Source: Candidatus Nezhaarchaeota archaeon (GTDB taxonomy: Archaea; Thermoproteota; Methanomethylicia; Nezhaarchaeales; WYZ-LMO8). Taken from it: a stretch of 64,000 nucleotides of DNA. Of this stretch, positions 1 to 9,813 are shown one piece after another. The stretch is from NCBI GenBank assembly GCA_025059375.1, contig JANXDO010000001.1, positions 224,097-288,096 on the forward strand. Reading direction: 5' to 3'. The notes beneath the pieces were generated by a model, which was not told where the DNA came from, did not search any database, and saw nothing but the letters and a program-made list of their open reading frames with translations. A program made the position numbers and the translations under genes. The first letter of the stretch is position 1, and every line of letters begins with the position of its first letter.

Positions 1-257
1 GTTTTAGGCTTGACAGCATGCCTGAACCTCCCCCAATATTCAAGCTAATACAGAGACTTGGAAACATCACTAGTTGGGAAATGTACAGGACGTTTAACAT
101 GGGCATAGGGTTCTGCGTTATAGTCCCAGAACACGAAGCTGAGGTTGTGACTAAGATATTTGAATCTCACGGTTTCAAAGCACAGCAGGTAGGAACTGTA
201 GTGGACAAGCCGCATGTTGAAATAGTATCAAAAGATGAAACCTTAACGTACCACTAA
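1..257 (+). CDS. purM: Phosphoribosylformylglycinamidine cyclo-ligase, C-terminal part (5' truncated by window)
   Basis: PPPIFKLIQRLGNI...EMYRTFNMGIG is the PurM C-terminal signature. Confidence 0.9.
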   Translation, partial: FRLDSMPEPPPIFKLIQRLGNITSWEMYRTFNMGIGFCVIVPEHEAEVVTKIFESHGFKAQQVGTVVDKPHVEIVSKDETLTYH

Positions 258-320
258 GAAGCCACCATGTAATGGTTAAATCGCATGGCCCTTAACGATG
301 CTGGTTAACAACCTCTTCAA

Positions 321-881
321 TTATATGAGTCCTACTAGCGAAGCGGTTAGAAGGAGCATTGCCACTCCAGCAACGTCACCTACAGCCGTCACCATTGGTA
401 TTGTTGTGTTGTCTGGATCCCAGCCGTACCTGAACGATATAAAGGCGACCATCACACCTATAACCGTGACAACCATAGCCAGTGATATGCCGGCTAATAA
501 CGTGACTTGCAGTATCTTCAATGGCTCCACAGCCAAGCCGATTAAGCGAGATGCAGCTGATGCTATGAATGCTAGGTACATCGACGACATTATCGACACT
601 ATGAGTACTGCCACGACATTCTTCTCTAAGTATGAGTTCCTCTCAAGCTTGGGCCTCACCACACCCAGGTGAAGGGCTGTCGCAATTCTAGCTCCGATCA
701 TGCAGCCAAAGTTTCCGCTCATATCGGCTATTGATGGTACCAATATGAGCAGTGAAGGTACTGCTAGTAAGCTCTCAATCTTAGCTTCGAGGAGTACGCC
801 GGCAAAACTGCTAATTAAGATCGCTACAGCTGTCGATACCACTCCTTCCTTAACTATGTTCCTAGCCTTGTAGAAGCTCAT
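321..881 (-). CDS. MgtE/SLC41-type divalent cation transporter, membrane domain only
   Basis: About 5 TM helices; motifs P..ADMSGNFG..GARIATALHLG and GWDPDNTTIPMVTAVGD. Confidence 0.85.
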   Translation of the reverse strand: MSFYKARNIVKEGVVSTAVAILISSFAGVLLEAKIESLLAVPSLLILVPSIADMSGNFGCMIGARIATALHLGVVRPKLERNSYLEKNVVAVLIVSIMSSMYLAFIASAASRLIGLAVEPLKILQVTLLAGISLAMVVTVIGVMVAFISFRYGWDPDNTTIPMVTAVGDVAGVAMLLLTASLVGLI

Positions 882-885
882 ACCC

Positions 886-1485
886 CTACACCCCCAAGTA
901 CATCACTATTAATGCTGATAAGAACAAGCAGGGTATACTGACAACATCGCCTAGTGTCGTTATGAACGTCCCCATGACTATGTCGGGATCAAGCCCTCTT
1001 TGATATATCTTTATGGTGGCTATTATCGTGACTGCAGTTATAATGATATTTGAGATCATCCCAGCTATTAATGCTATTAGGGTCAATGCTAGTAGCCCAG
1101 CGGATTTAAAGCTAAAAATTAAGCACATAAAGTGAGCAAGAATACCAATGAACAGTGACATTATTATGTTGAGTATGAAAGTCCCGACAATGTTCTGAAT
1201 TAGATCTTGAGAAAGCTTGAGCCTCGGCTCCATGATGCCCATGTGAAGCGCTGTTCCAAGTCTAGATGCGAGGGTTCCCCCTATGTTGCCTCTCATCTCT
1301 AAGAAAGCGGGCACCATTATCAACATCCCGGGAAGCTCCTCGAGAGAACCTCTCATGAATGCTAGGCCTATGCCAGCAAGCGTACCCAATGTCAATGAAA
1401 CTACTTGGGCCATAAATCCTTGCCGTATAGTGCTCTTCATCATGATGGCTCGCCTCACAACAAATGACGTTAACCTTATTTTCAA
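886..1485 (-). CDS. MgtE/SLC41-type transporter membrane domain, paralogue (true start probably about 1443)
   Basis: PAFLEMRGNIGG..ASRLGTALHMG and GLDPDIVMGTFITTLGD motifs. Confidence 0.85.
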   Translation of the reverse strand: MKIRLTSFVVRRAIMMKSTIRQGFMAQVVSLTLGTLAGIGLAFMRGSLEELPGMLIMVPAFLEMRGNIGGTLASRLGTALHMGIMEPRLKLSQDLIQNIVGTFILNIIMSLFIGILAHFMCLIFSFKSAGLLALTLIALIAGMISNIIITAVTIIATIKIYQRGLDPDIVMGTFITTLGDVVSIPCLFLSALIVMYLGV

Positions 1486-1488
1486 AAT

Positions 1489-2109
1489 TTGTTAGATATA
1501 TATTCACTTAGCCTCTCTAATCTCTGGAGGATTTGGTCCAGATTGGAGGAACCACGTTCAGTTCGTGAACTATTGATTGAGATAAAGAACATAACGGAGA
1601 GGATAGTGGACTTAGCCTTTTCATCACTAATGTTTAACCTTGAAGACGTAGCTCGCGAAGTTTTGAGGCTTGAAGAGCGCATAGATGACCTCCTATACAT
1701 GCTCTTCATAAGGATATTGATGGCCTCTGAGACAGCTCGTGATGCTGAAAGGTTGGCCCCCATACTCGCTATAGCATCGGCTATGGAGAACATAGCTAAT
1801 GCTGCAGGTGACTTAGCAGCAGTATTCCTCAAGGGCTTTAAACTTCACCCGGTAGTATACGAGTCCCTTAAGGAAGTCGAGGAGAGGGTTGTCTCGATCA
1901 AGATTAAGAAGAGCTCAAAGCTTGCAGGTAAGAGGATATCGGATATAAGCGAAGAGCTAGGCGTGGCTGTAGTGCCATTAGTCATATGCAGGAGCAATAG
2001 GCGAATGATAAACCCACCAGAAGACTTCATCTTAGAGCCTGGTGATGCTCTAATAGTGAAGACCGTGAAGAAGGGTGTTGAGGAGTTAAGGAACGCGGTG
2101 GGTGAATAG
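1489..2109 (+). CDS. PhoU-like + TrkA-C (RCK_C) domain protein (start probably about 1543)
   Basis: LIEIKN..E..VDLAFSSL helical bundle followed by an RCK_C-like SKLAGKRI...ILEPGDALIV segment. Confidence 0.8.
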   Translation: MLDIYSLSLSNLWRIWSRLEEPRSVRELLIEIKNITERIVDLAFSSLMFNLEDVAREVLRLEERIDDLLYMLFIRILMASETARDAERLAPILAIASAMENIANAAGDLAAVFLKGFKLHPVVYESLKEVEERVVSIKIKKSSKLAGKRISDISEELGVAVVPLVICRSNRRMINPPEDFILEPGDALIVKTVKKGVEELRNAVGE

Positions 2110-2111
2110 TA

Positions 2112-2696
2112 TTGAGTAGAGACCTGCTTTCAGATATAAGAAACATGCTCATTGAGCTCAAGAACGTGGCTGAATTCATGGTCGATCTCGCCTACACAGC
2201 CATATTAACTAACAGTAAGGAACTTGCAGAGGAGGTTGAGCGATTAGAAGAGTACGTAGACGATCTTCATACGCGATATGAAATGGCTGTGCTAGAGCTG
2301 TCAAAGCAGAGCGAGAGACCAGCAGAATTCTTGGGAACTTTAAGGGTAGGTCTCGTGGTTGAAGCCCTAGCTGATGCAGCATTGGAGATGGTTCAGCCAG
2401 TACTTAGAGGTGATGAACCGCACGAGATACTTACAGTAGTGCTCAGTGAGGCGGAGGAAGCCATAGGTAGAGTTAGGATTGAGGATGAGTCCTCACTAAT
2501 CGGTAAGAGCTCACTGGAACTTAAGGATGAGGGACTACCAGTAGCGATAGTAGCCATAAGGAGAGGGACAAACTGGATACTACACCCAGGAGAGGGTGTT
2601 AAGCTCCACGCTGGAGATATACTCGTGGTTAAGGGGAGGGACGAAGACCTTAAGAAGCTAAGAGCTCTAGCGCGGGGCACATTTGAAGAGGAATAG
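2112..2696 (+). CDS. PhoU-like + TrkA-C domain protein, paralogue
   Basis: LIELKNVAEFMVDLAY; AIRRG..W...P...KLHAGDILVVKG. Confidence 0.8.
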   Translation: MSRDLLSDIRNMLIELKNVAEFMVDLAYTAILTNSKELAEEVERLEEYVDDLHTRYEMAVLELSKQSERPAEFLGTLRVGLVVEALADAALEMVQPVLRGDEPHEILTVVLSEAEEAIGRVRIEDESSLIGKSSLELKDEGLPVAIVAIRRGTNWILHPGEGVKLHAGDILVVKGRDEDLKKLRALARGTFEEE

Positions 2697-3377
2697 TTGA
2701 TGGACGCAATCAAGGCCAAAGTACTACTTAAGATCTTGGAGTCCAAGAAGCTGTCTACAAAGACGATCACAGAGTTAGAAGGAGGCGAGGAGCTTCTGCA
2801 CGAACTTAAATCTCGGGGGATAGTAGACGTCAAGAACGGCATCATAGAGGTAATTAATGCCGTCGACCTTGCAGTGGAGGCTGCTAAAAGCGGAGTTGAC
2901 GTGGAAGCAGCTTCTAGATTATTGAGTTGGAGAGACTTTGAGAGGCTTTGCGTTGAAGCTCTTATCAACCACAGCTTTAAGGTTAAGGCTCCGCTGAGAT
3001 TTAAATATCATCAGAAGCGCCATGAAATAGACGTGGCTGCGTTAAAACATGGAGTACTGTTATGCTTGGACTGCAAGCATTGGAATATGAAGCGCGGTCA
3101 AGGTCATAAGGTCAGAGAGTCCGCCATAAATCACCTGGATAAGTGCATTAAGCTGGCTGAGCTAGCATCATCACAGAGAATTCTTGGGATTCAGCTTCAG
3201 GAAGGAAACATAATCGTTCCACTTATCCTAACATTAATCGATTTGGGGCTTAAAGCACCAGTTAATGGTGTTCTAGTGTTGCCTATAATTAAGCTTAACG
3301 CCTTTCTCTTAGAGCTTGAAGCCTACATCGACGAGATACCATCAATTAGGATAGCTAAGCAGAGCAAAACTGATTAA
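2697..3377 (+). CDS. PD-(D/E)XK restriction-endonuclease-like protein (Mrr/NERD-like) with N-terminal HTH-like region
   Basis: WRDFERL...EIDV...LDCKHW catalytic pattern. Confidence 0.7.
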   Translation: MMDAIKAKVLLKILESKKLSTKTITELEGGEELLHELKSRGIVDVKNGIIEVINAVDLAVEAAKSGVDVEAASRLLSWRDFERLCVEALINHSFKVKAPLRFKYHQKRHEIDVAALKHGVLLCLDCKHWNMKRGQGHKVRESAINHLDKCIKLAELASSQRILGIQLQEGNIIVPLILTLIDLGLKAPVNGVLVLPIIKLNAFLLELEAYIDEIPSIRIAKQSKTD

Positions 3378-3409
3378 AGCATCTCACGAGACGCTGAGAC
3401 TATAGTTAG

Positions 3410-5203
3410 GTGACTGTTACGAGAGCGTCTAGAGTCACGCTGATAGCGTCGAGGTGGCCTAAGACAACAATAGTGTATGCGCTTGGGCTCGCATCATCGC
3501 TTGCATCCGCGTTAGCCCTCTTATCAATTAGAGGCCCCCTAGATCCATTGAAGGTGTTGATTGTAAGTCTCGTCTGTATATGGATGCCGGCACTTACATT
3601 CTCGATAGTACAATCACTAATCTTGCGCAGTAAGATAATGAGCTTGAGGAGGAGCATAAGCAACGTCTCCGCATTGCTGTTCTTCGTACTGTTGGCCTCA
3701 ATTGTAAGCCTAATAGCTCATGTCCTCGGTGCCACCATATCGATTGAAGAGGCCATAATCATCGGTGTTATCCTAGCAACATCACTAAATACCATGATAA
3801 TTAGGTATATGACCGGCAGTAGCTTAGCTGTATGTGGCGCGACATCGCTTATATGGCCAGCTTTAACATTGATAGCTTTAAACATCGCTCTAGGCACTAG
3901 CCTATCTCGCATAGATTACGTTAAAGTGCCAGTTATGCTCGCCTTCATGATGGTGCCAGCTATCGTGATATCTAAGAGCATAGATAAAATAGGTGAAGAA
4001 CTTGTTGGGCTTAGTGCTAAGAAGATTTTCAGGGCTTACGTCATGAACTGGCTAGTGGGGGCTAAGGAGGATCTTGAGAGGCTGTTTAACCATATAGGCG
4101 TGAGCTCCGAAGTCACGTGCAACTTCCTCTATATACTGGGTCCTCAAAATCTGATTAAGGGTATTGTGGCAATCCCCTACATTCACCCAGGCCCTCTTAG
4201 AAACCTAGGCAGCAGCTCGCTCCCCTCGGACTTGATATCTGTCTTAGAATCCAACTACAAGGCTACCAGCATATCATTCCACGGCTTCGTAACTCACGCC
4301 TCAGATATAACTTGTTCGAGTGATTACCGTAAATTCTTAGATCAGGTGGCTAAAAGCGTTGGTAAGCAATCAATAATGCTATTAAGTGGCTTCTCAAGCC
4401 CCCTAATTAGGGTTAACGTTAATAACCTATCAGTGGGCTGCCAAGTAATTAAGGGTGTGCCGATGGTTTTCGTCTCCGGTGAAGATAAGGGTATTGAAGA
4501 CATGCCGGAAGAGTTAAGGCTAAGGATCGAAGATAAGGTCAAGAAAGTGTACGGTGTAAAACCGATACTAATAAATGCACACAATCTATACGATGAGCAT
4601 GTAGAAGTGAACTTCAATGAAATTGAGAAGGGGGTCATGGAGGCTATCGATCTTGCATTAAAAGCGTCATCCGATGACCCGATAGAAATGGGGATAAGTA
4701 GAGTTGACCCCCCTCACCGTGACGGGAGTTATGGGCTTGGAAATGCTGGAATCGGCGTCTTAACAATAGGGTTTAGAGGTTTAAGGTACTGCTACATCGT
4801 GTTTGACGCCAATAACGCAAATAAAGAGTTTAGGGGTGCCATTAGATCCATGGTCAAGGAGATGGGTTATAGCGACTGTGAGGTATTCACAACAGATAAC
4901 CATTTCGTGGTACACTTGAGAGGTGTTAGAGCTAAGAGAGGTTACCACATAATGGGTGAGAGGATTAAAGCTGAGGATTTAAGCGAAATCGTTAGAGAGG
5001 CATTAAAGAGGGCCGAGACAAGCATGCAGGAAGCTAATGTAGCATATAGTGAGCTTACAATGAGAGCTCACGTCTTAGGAAGTGTGGGGTATAGAAGTAT
5101 TGAGAGCTTAGTGGATAGAGCTATTAAGACGTTTAAGAGATTGGGCGCATCTACGTACGGCGTAGCCCTAATGTTATTGATCACACTTTGTGCGTTAACC
5201 TGA
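3410..5203 (+). CDS. DUF2070 family membrane protein
   Basis: N-terminal multi-TM region; HPGP...GSS.LP, NAHN, FDANN, TTDNH motifs; C-terminal TM. Confidence 0.8.
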   Translation: MTVTRASRVTLIASRWPKTTIVYALGLASSLASALALLSIRGPLDPLKVLIVSLVCIWMPALTFSIVQSLILRSKIMSLRRSISNVSALLFFVLLASIVSLIAHVLGATISIEEAIIIGVILATSLNTMIIRYMTGSSLAVCGATSLIWPALTLIALNIALGTSLSRIDYVKVPVMLAFMMVPAIVISKSIDKIGEELVGLSAKKIFRAYVMNWLVGAKEDLERLFNHIGVSSEVTCNFLYILGPQNLIKGIVAIPYIHPGPLRNLGSSSLPSDLISVLESNYKATSISFHGFVTHASDITCSSDYRKFLDQVAKSVGKQSIMLLSGFSSPLIRVNVNNLSVGCQVIKGVPMVFVSGEDKGIEDMPEELRLRIEDKVKKVYGVKPILINAHNLYDEHVEVNFNEIEKGVMEAIDLALKASSDDPIEMGISRVDPPHRDGSYGLGNAGIGVLTIGFRGLRYCYIVFDANNANKEFRGAIRSMVKEMGYSDCEVFTTDNHFVVHLRGVRAKRGYHIMGERIKAEDLSEIVREALKRAETSMQEANVAYSELTMRAHVLGSVGYRSIESLVDRAIKTFKRLGASTYGVALMLLITLCALT

Positions 5204-5300
5204 CAGGTCCTTAATGTAATATGTTAGTGAATTGAGGAGTTTTTAAAGTGAGATGGGGATATCCAGCAAATCTACTTGGTGTTATGTGGAATAACTGAGA

Positions 5301-5314
5301 AATCTTTTTAAAGC
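5301..5314 (+). promoter_or_regulatory. Putative TATA box upstream of the homocitrate-synthase-like gene
   Basis: TTTTTAAA at 5305-5312 after purine-rich GAGAAA; GGGTGA ribosome-binding-like motif just before ATG 5359. Confidence 0.4.
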
Positions 5315-5358
5315 TGCCCTCAACACTCAAGGGTGTTGTTCAAGGCTAGGGTGATGCA

Positions 5359-6564
5359 ATGGAGTATAGAGAGATGTCCGTAAGCTACTATAACTTCCTC
5401 CCTGAAGTTAGGGGCCTCATGTGGTTACCAAAGGACATAATAATCCACGACACGACTCTCAGGGAGGGCGAGCAGACAGCAGGAGTTGTTTATAGACCTG
5501 AAGATAAGCTCGAAATAGCGAGGTTACTAGATGAAGTCGGTATACAACAAATCGAAGCTGGCTTCCCAGCTGCATCTAAGGGTGAAAGGGAAGCACTTAA
5601 AATGATAGTTAAGGCGGGGCTCAACGCAAAGATATTTGGTTTTGCTCGAGCTGTTAAATCTGACATTGATGCAGTAGCTGATGTGGGGGCTTACGGTGTA
5701 GTCTTGTCTTTCCCGCCATCAGACATACACTTAAAATACAAATTAAAAATAGATCGGGAAGAGTATTACGCGAGGGCCATAGAGCTTGTTGGGTACGCAA
5801 AGAGTCGAGGGCTTTACATAACATTTAGCGCCGAGGATTCCACGAGAACAGAATTAAACTTCCTGATCAAGGTGTTTAATGGAGTAATTGAAGCTGGCTG
5901 TGATAGGTTAAGGGTAGTCGACACGCTCGGCTGCATACACCCGACAGCCATGAAGTTCTTGATAAGGAACGTGATAACATCACTTAAAAAGAAGGTTCCA
6001 ATAGAGGTTCACTGCCACGACGATCATGGCTTGGCAGTCGCAAATACACTTGCAGCTGTCGAGGCTGGAGCTGAAGTGCTATCAACATCAGTTCTAGGGA
6101 TAGGTGAGAGGTGTGGTTTAGCGCCAACGGAAGAGGTCATAGTTGCCCTTAAGAACCTCTATGGCATTGGGAACTTTAAGACTGAGAAGCTGTATAAGCT
6201 ATGTAAAGAGGTTGAGAGGATAACGAAGATAATCATGCCACCACACAAGCCTGTAGTAGGCATTAATGCTTTTGCACATGCAAGTGGCATACACCAGCAC
6301 GCAGTACTTGAGAATCCAGTATGCTATGAGCCCTATCCTCCAGACATGGTTGGTCAAACGAGAAGGATAGTCATAGGAAAGTTATCTGGTAGGCACGCGA
6401 TAAAAGCAAAGTTAGCGGAGATTGGGATTAATGCCACTGAAGATGAGGTCTCAAAAATCCTCGACGTTGTGAAGTCCATAAGCGAGGAGAGGCGATCCCC
6501 GCTAAGTGATCAAGAGTTCATTGAGATAGTGAACACCGTGAAGGGAAGGAATCAGCAGCATTAA
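5359..6564 (+). CDS. Homocitrate synthase / AksA-like 2-oxoacid:acetyl-CoA condensing enzyme (DRE-TIM), no LeuA regulatory domain
   Basis: DTTLREGEQ, IEAGFP, HCHDDHG, GIGER, FAHASGIH; 401 aa. Confidence 0.8.
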   Translation: MEYREMSVSYYNFLPEVRGLMWLPKDIIIHDTTLREGEQTAGVVYRPEDKLEIARLLDEVGIQQIEAGFPAASKGEREALKMIVKAGLNAKIFGFARAVKSDIDAVADVGAYGVVLSFPPSDIHLKYKLKIDREEYYARAIELVGYAKSRGLYITFSAEDSTRTELNFLIKVFNGVIEAGCDRLRVVDTLGCIHPTAMKFLIRNVITSLKKKVPIEVHCHDDHGLAVANTLAAVEAGAEVLSTSVLGIGERCGLAPTEEVIVALKNLYGIGNFKTEKLYKLCKEVERITKIIMPPHKPVVGINAFAHASGIHQHAVLENPVCYEPYPPDMVGQTRRIVIGKLSGRHAIKAKLAEIGINATEDEVSKILDVVKSISEERRSPLSDQEFIEIVNTVKGRNQQH

Positions 6565-6571
6565 TAGAGAT

Positions 6572-7591
6572 TCATCCAGTTATGGCTTTCTTAACAGCTT
6601 CCATAAAATCCTTTGTTCTAGCTCTTCCACCTAAATCTGGAGTTACGTTCTTCCTGTCCTTAAGGACACTAATTATGGCATCCTCGAGAAGCCTTGCTGC
6701 CTCATTCTCTCCAAGCCACTCAAGCATCATTTTAGCTGATAGCATCGTAGCACATGGGTTAGCTATGCCCTTTCCAGCTATATCTGGGGCTGAGCCATGA
6801 ACTGGCTCGAATATGGCCTGCTTATCACCAATATTAGCTGCAGGAGCTATTCCTAAACTTCCTACAACAGCAGCAGCCTCATCAGATAATATATCGCCGA
6901 ACATGTTAGTTGTGACTATGACATCGAACCTCTCGGGTCTAATAACTAGGTTGTATGCACATGAGTCAACGTACATCTCTTCAAATGACACTTCTGGGTA
7001 CTTCTTCGCAACCTCCTTGCAGACCCTAGCGAAGAGACCACAAGTTAAGCTCAAGACATTAGACTTATGAACTATGGTCACATGCCTCCTAGGCCTTCGT
7101 GAAGCCAGTTCAAAAGCTGTCCTCGCAATTCTTTCACAACCTCTCTTAGTTATAACCCTAAGTGCTATGGTCGTATCCCCACCATTAACTGCAAACTCAT
7201 ACCTCTTATACAGATCCTCAGTGTTCTCCCTGATTATCACGAAATCTATATTATCTCGGAGACTAGGTACCCCGGGATAGGATTTGAAGGGCCTGACATT
7301 AGCGTAAAGGTCAAAGACCTGTCTCAACTTGACGATTACGTCAGCAGCACTTTCACCCACAGGTCCCTTTAGTGCTGCATTCGCCCTTCTGATAGCTTCG
7401 ATCGTCTCCTCAGGTAGAGGTACGCCTCTAAGCTTATAACACTCGTCGCCAGCCTCAACAAAGTCAAATTTTAACTCCAACCCCTTAATGGCATCCTGTA
7501 ACGTATAGAGAACCTCAATCGTAGAATCAACAACCTCAGGACCTATCCCGTCACCCCTAATGACAGCTATCCTGTAAGAACCCATCAGCAA
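6572..7591 (-). CDS. 3-isopropylmalate / homoisocitrate dehydrogenase family
   Basis: GDGIGPEV, LYANVRP, IRENTE, HKSNVL, NMFGDILSD, FEPVHGSAPDIAG. Confidence 0.9.
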   Translation of the reverse strand: MLMGSYRIAVIRGDGIGPEVVDSTIEVLYTLQDAIKGLELKFDFVEAGDECYKLRGVPLPEETIEAIRRANAALKGPVGESAADVIVKLRQVFDLYANVRPFKSYPGVPSLRDNIDFVIIRENTEDLYKRYEFAVNGGDTTIALRVITKRGCERIARTAFELASRRPRRHVTIVHKSNVLSLTCGLFARVCKEVAKKYPEVSFEEMYVDSCAYNLVIRPERFDVIVTTNMFGDILSDEAAAVVGSLGIAPAANIGDKQAIFEPVHGSAPDIAGKGIANPCATMLSAKMMLEWLGENEAARLLEDAIISVLKDRKNVTPDLGGRARTKDFMEAVKKAITG

Positions 7592-7702
7592 TCATCTCCG
7601 CGTTAACACATAGTCGAGAGCATGACCGCATATAAACCTTGTTTTACCAAGAAGCCTATTCAACGAAACCAGGAAGCAAGTTAAGAACCAACTCACCATT
7701 GG

Positions 7703-9109
7703 ATGTGGAGACATCACACAATCAGTAAACTTCATATATCCTGTTATGAAGTGTTGGATGAGGTGTCCAACTACTTGAGCAGTGATCTAGTGCTCAGAGT
7801 TATCGACGTTGATTTCAGTTATGGTGCTAAGAGTACCCTTAGAGGGATAACCATCACCCTCTGTGGAGGAGAGTTCGTGGGGTTAATGGGACCAAATGGT
7901 TCTGGTAAAACTACGTTCCTCAAGGTTGTGAACAATGTCCTGCGACCTAAGAGGGGGGTTGTCATGGTCAATGACGTGGAGGTGCCCAGCCTTAATGTAA
8001 AGGATGTGGCTAAGCTATTCGGAGTCGTGAGCCAGGAGTATGAAACCTCCTTCAGCTTCACGGCCTTCGATGTAGTACTGATGGGTAGGAACCCCCACTT
8101 AAGTAGGCTAAGAGGGGAATCCAAGAGGGATTATGAGGTAGTGCTCAGATCGATGAAGCTCACTAACACTATACACTTAGCTGATAGACCCTTCAATGAG
8201 CTTAGTGGTGGCGAGAAACAGAGGGTCATGATAGCCAGGGCATTAGCTCAAGAGCCAAAGGTGATGCTTCTGGACGAACCTACATCACACCTTGACATAT
8301 GCAATCAAATAGAGACATTAGAACTCCTGAAGAAATTATGTAAAGAGGAGGGAATCTTAGTCATAGCAGTTATACACGACTTCAACTTAGCTGCATACTA
8401 TTGTGACAAGATAGCGCTCATGAAGGATGGATCAATACACTCCATAGGCAAACCTGAAGAAGTTCTAACAACTAACAACATAGAAGAAATCTTTGGCGTT
8501 AAGGTGTCAATACAACGGCACCCGATAACTGGTACGATATACGTGACACCACTCCTAGCCAGTAAAGCTAGCACCATTAATAGGGGGAGAAGGGTTCATG
8601 TGATATGTGGTGGCGGAACTGGGGGCATGGTGATAAAGGCGCTCACCGATAGAGGCTTAAAGGTCACGGCTGGCGTCCTAAACGTGCTGGACTCGGACTA
8701 TGAAGTAGCAGTTAACTTGTGTGAGGAGGTTGTCTGTGAAGCTCCCTTCTCACCCATATCCGACCCCTCTCATAGAAGGAACCTGGAGTTGATAGAGAGA
8801 AGCGATGCTGTGATTTTAACTGACGTTCCAATAGGCTGGGGCAACCTCAAGAACATTGAGGCTGTTAGTAGAGCGATAGAAATGGGTAAGAACGTTTACA
8901 TTATAGAGACAAGATCTGGCCTGGCAAAAGCATGTAATAGAGACTATACTGGCGGCATTGCACTGAGAGAGCTAGAGAAAATAAGCAAGTCAGCAATTAG
9001 GGTAGCTTCCATTGAGGAGCTGATATCACATGTACTTGAGTATGAATTCATCTCCTACCCTTCAACTCAGTCGACAATGCCAAAGGCGAGTGCGAAGTCG
9101 TCATTGTAG
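7703..9109 (+). CDS. ABC transporter ATPase, cobalamin/Fe-siderophore (BtuD/FepC) type with C-terminal extension
   Basis: Walker A GPNGSGKT, LSGGEKQR, LLDEPTSHLD, IHD; extra VHVICGGGTG domain. Confidence 0.85.
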   Translation: MWRHHTISKLHISCYEVLDEVSNYLSSDLVLRVIDVDFSYGAKSTLRGITITLCGGEFVGLMGPNGSGKTTFLKVVNNVLRPKRGVVMVNDVEVPSLNVKDVAKLFGVVSQEYETSFSFTAFDVVLMGRNPHLSRLRGESKRDYEVVLRSMKLTNTIHLADRPFNELSGGEKQRVMIARALAQEPKVMLLDEPTSHLDICNQIETLELLKKLCKEEGILVIAVIHDFNLAAYYCDKIALMKDGSIHSIGKPEEVLTTNNIEEIFGVKVSIQRHPITGTIYVTPLLASKASTINRGRRVHVICGGGTGGMVIKALTDRGLKVTAGVLNVLDSDYEVAVNLCEEVVCEAPFSPISDPSHRRNLELIERSDAVILTDVPIGWGNLKNIEAVSRAIEMGKNVYIIETRSGLAKACNRDYTGGIALRELEKISKSAIRVASIEELISHVLEYEFISYPSTQSTMPKASAKSSL

Positions 9110-9288
9110 CACTTAAGCTTAAGAGGGCTGTGAGCTTGACATGAGGTCTTAAAGGGGCTTAAAGAGAGTCGGGGCATTACATGATGAGTCATCAAACATG
9201 GACCTAAAGATCGCCTCATGATGGATTTGAAGGAGCTTAGCTTCATGCTTTAAGAGCTCCCTAGTGCTAATGCGGATGGGGCTAAGTA

Positions 9289-9720
9289 TCAATTAGGATG
9301 TATGAACACACTAATTCCCATCTTTTTTGCAAGCCTAAGCCCATCTTGAATTATGGAGTTGTGATCGAATGCCATCTTGTCTGGGATCGTGTAGAACTCA
9401 CTAACTTCTGTCTCCTCTGACCCTCGTAATTGTCCACCAACCTCTGTTGTCAAGTAAGCTATAGAGATTACGTGACCTCTAGGATCTCGATCAGGCTTTG
9501 AGTACACACCTATAAGCCCTCTTATTTCGACGTCTAGTCCCGTCTCCTCCTTAACTTCTCGTTTAACAGCCTCCTCAACAGCCTCTCCATACTCAACGAA
9601 ACCTCCAGGCAGGGCCCAAAACCCCTCATATGGAGGCCTCTTCCTCTTCACTAGGACTATGGAGCCACCTCTCCTAACGACTAAAGCATCAACAGCCAAG
9701 ATTGGCCTCAATTTGCTCAT
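9289..9720 (-). CDS. NUDIX hydrolase (ADP-ribose pyrophosphatase-like)
   Basis: Nudix box GGFVEYGEAVEEAVKREVKEETGL; RDPRGH; AFDH; start reassigned to ATG at 9720. Confidence 0.9.
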   Translation of the reverse strand: MSKLRPILAVDALVVRRGGSIVLVKRKRPPYEGFWALPGGFVEYGEAVEEAVKREVKEETGLDVEIRGLIGVYSKPDRDPRGHVISIAYLTTEVGGQLRGSEETEVSEFYTIPDKMAFDHNSIIQDGLRLAKKMGISVFIHPN

Positions 9721-9813
9721 GTGTCGAATCACCTCACAACCCTCATAATATCTCCACGATAGCTTATAAGTTAAATAATGGAAAGGAATAGGGGGCTTAC
9801 TTGACACCCCAAG

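Noticed and set aside
7703-9109. Orphan BtuD-like ATPase with extra C-terminal domain as a novel system
   Set aside because: This extended form is, to my recollection, common in archaeal cobalamin/iron transporters; partners are probably elsewhere
9170-9275. ATGATGA plus imperfect inverted repeats between convergent genes
   Set aside because: No properly spaced D boxes; pairing is imperfect and compatible with chance or a terminator
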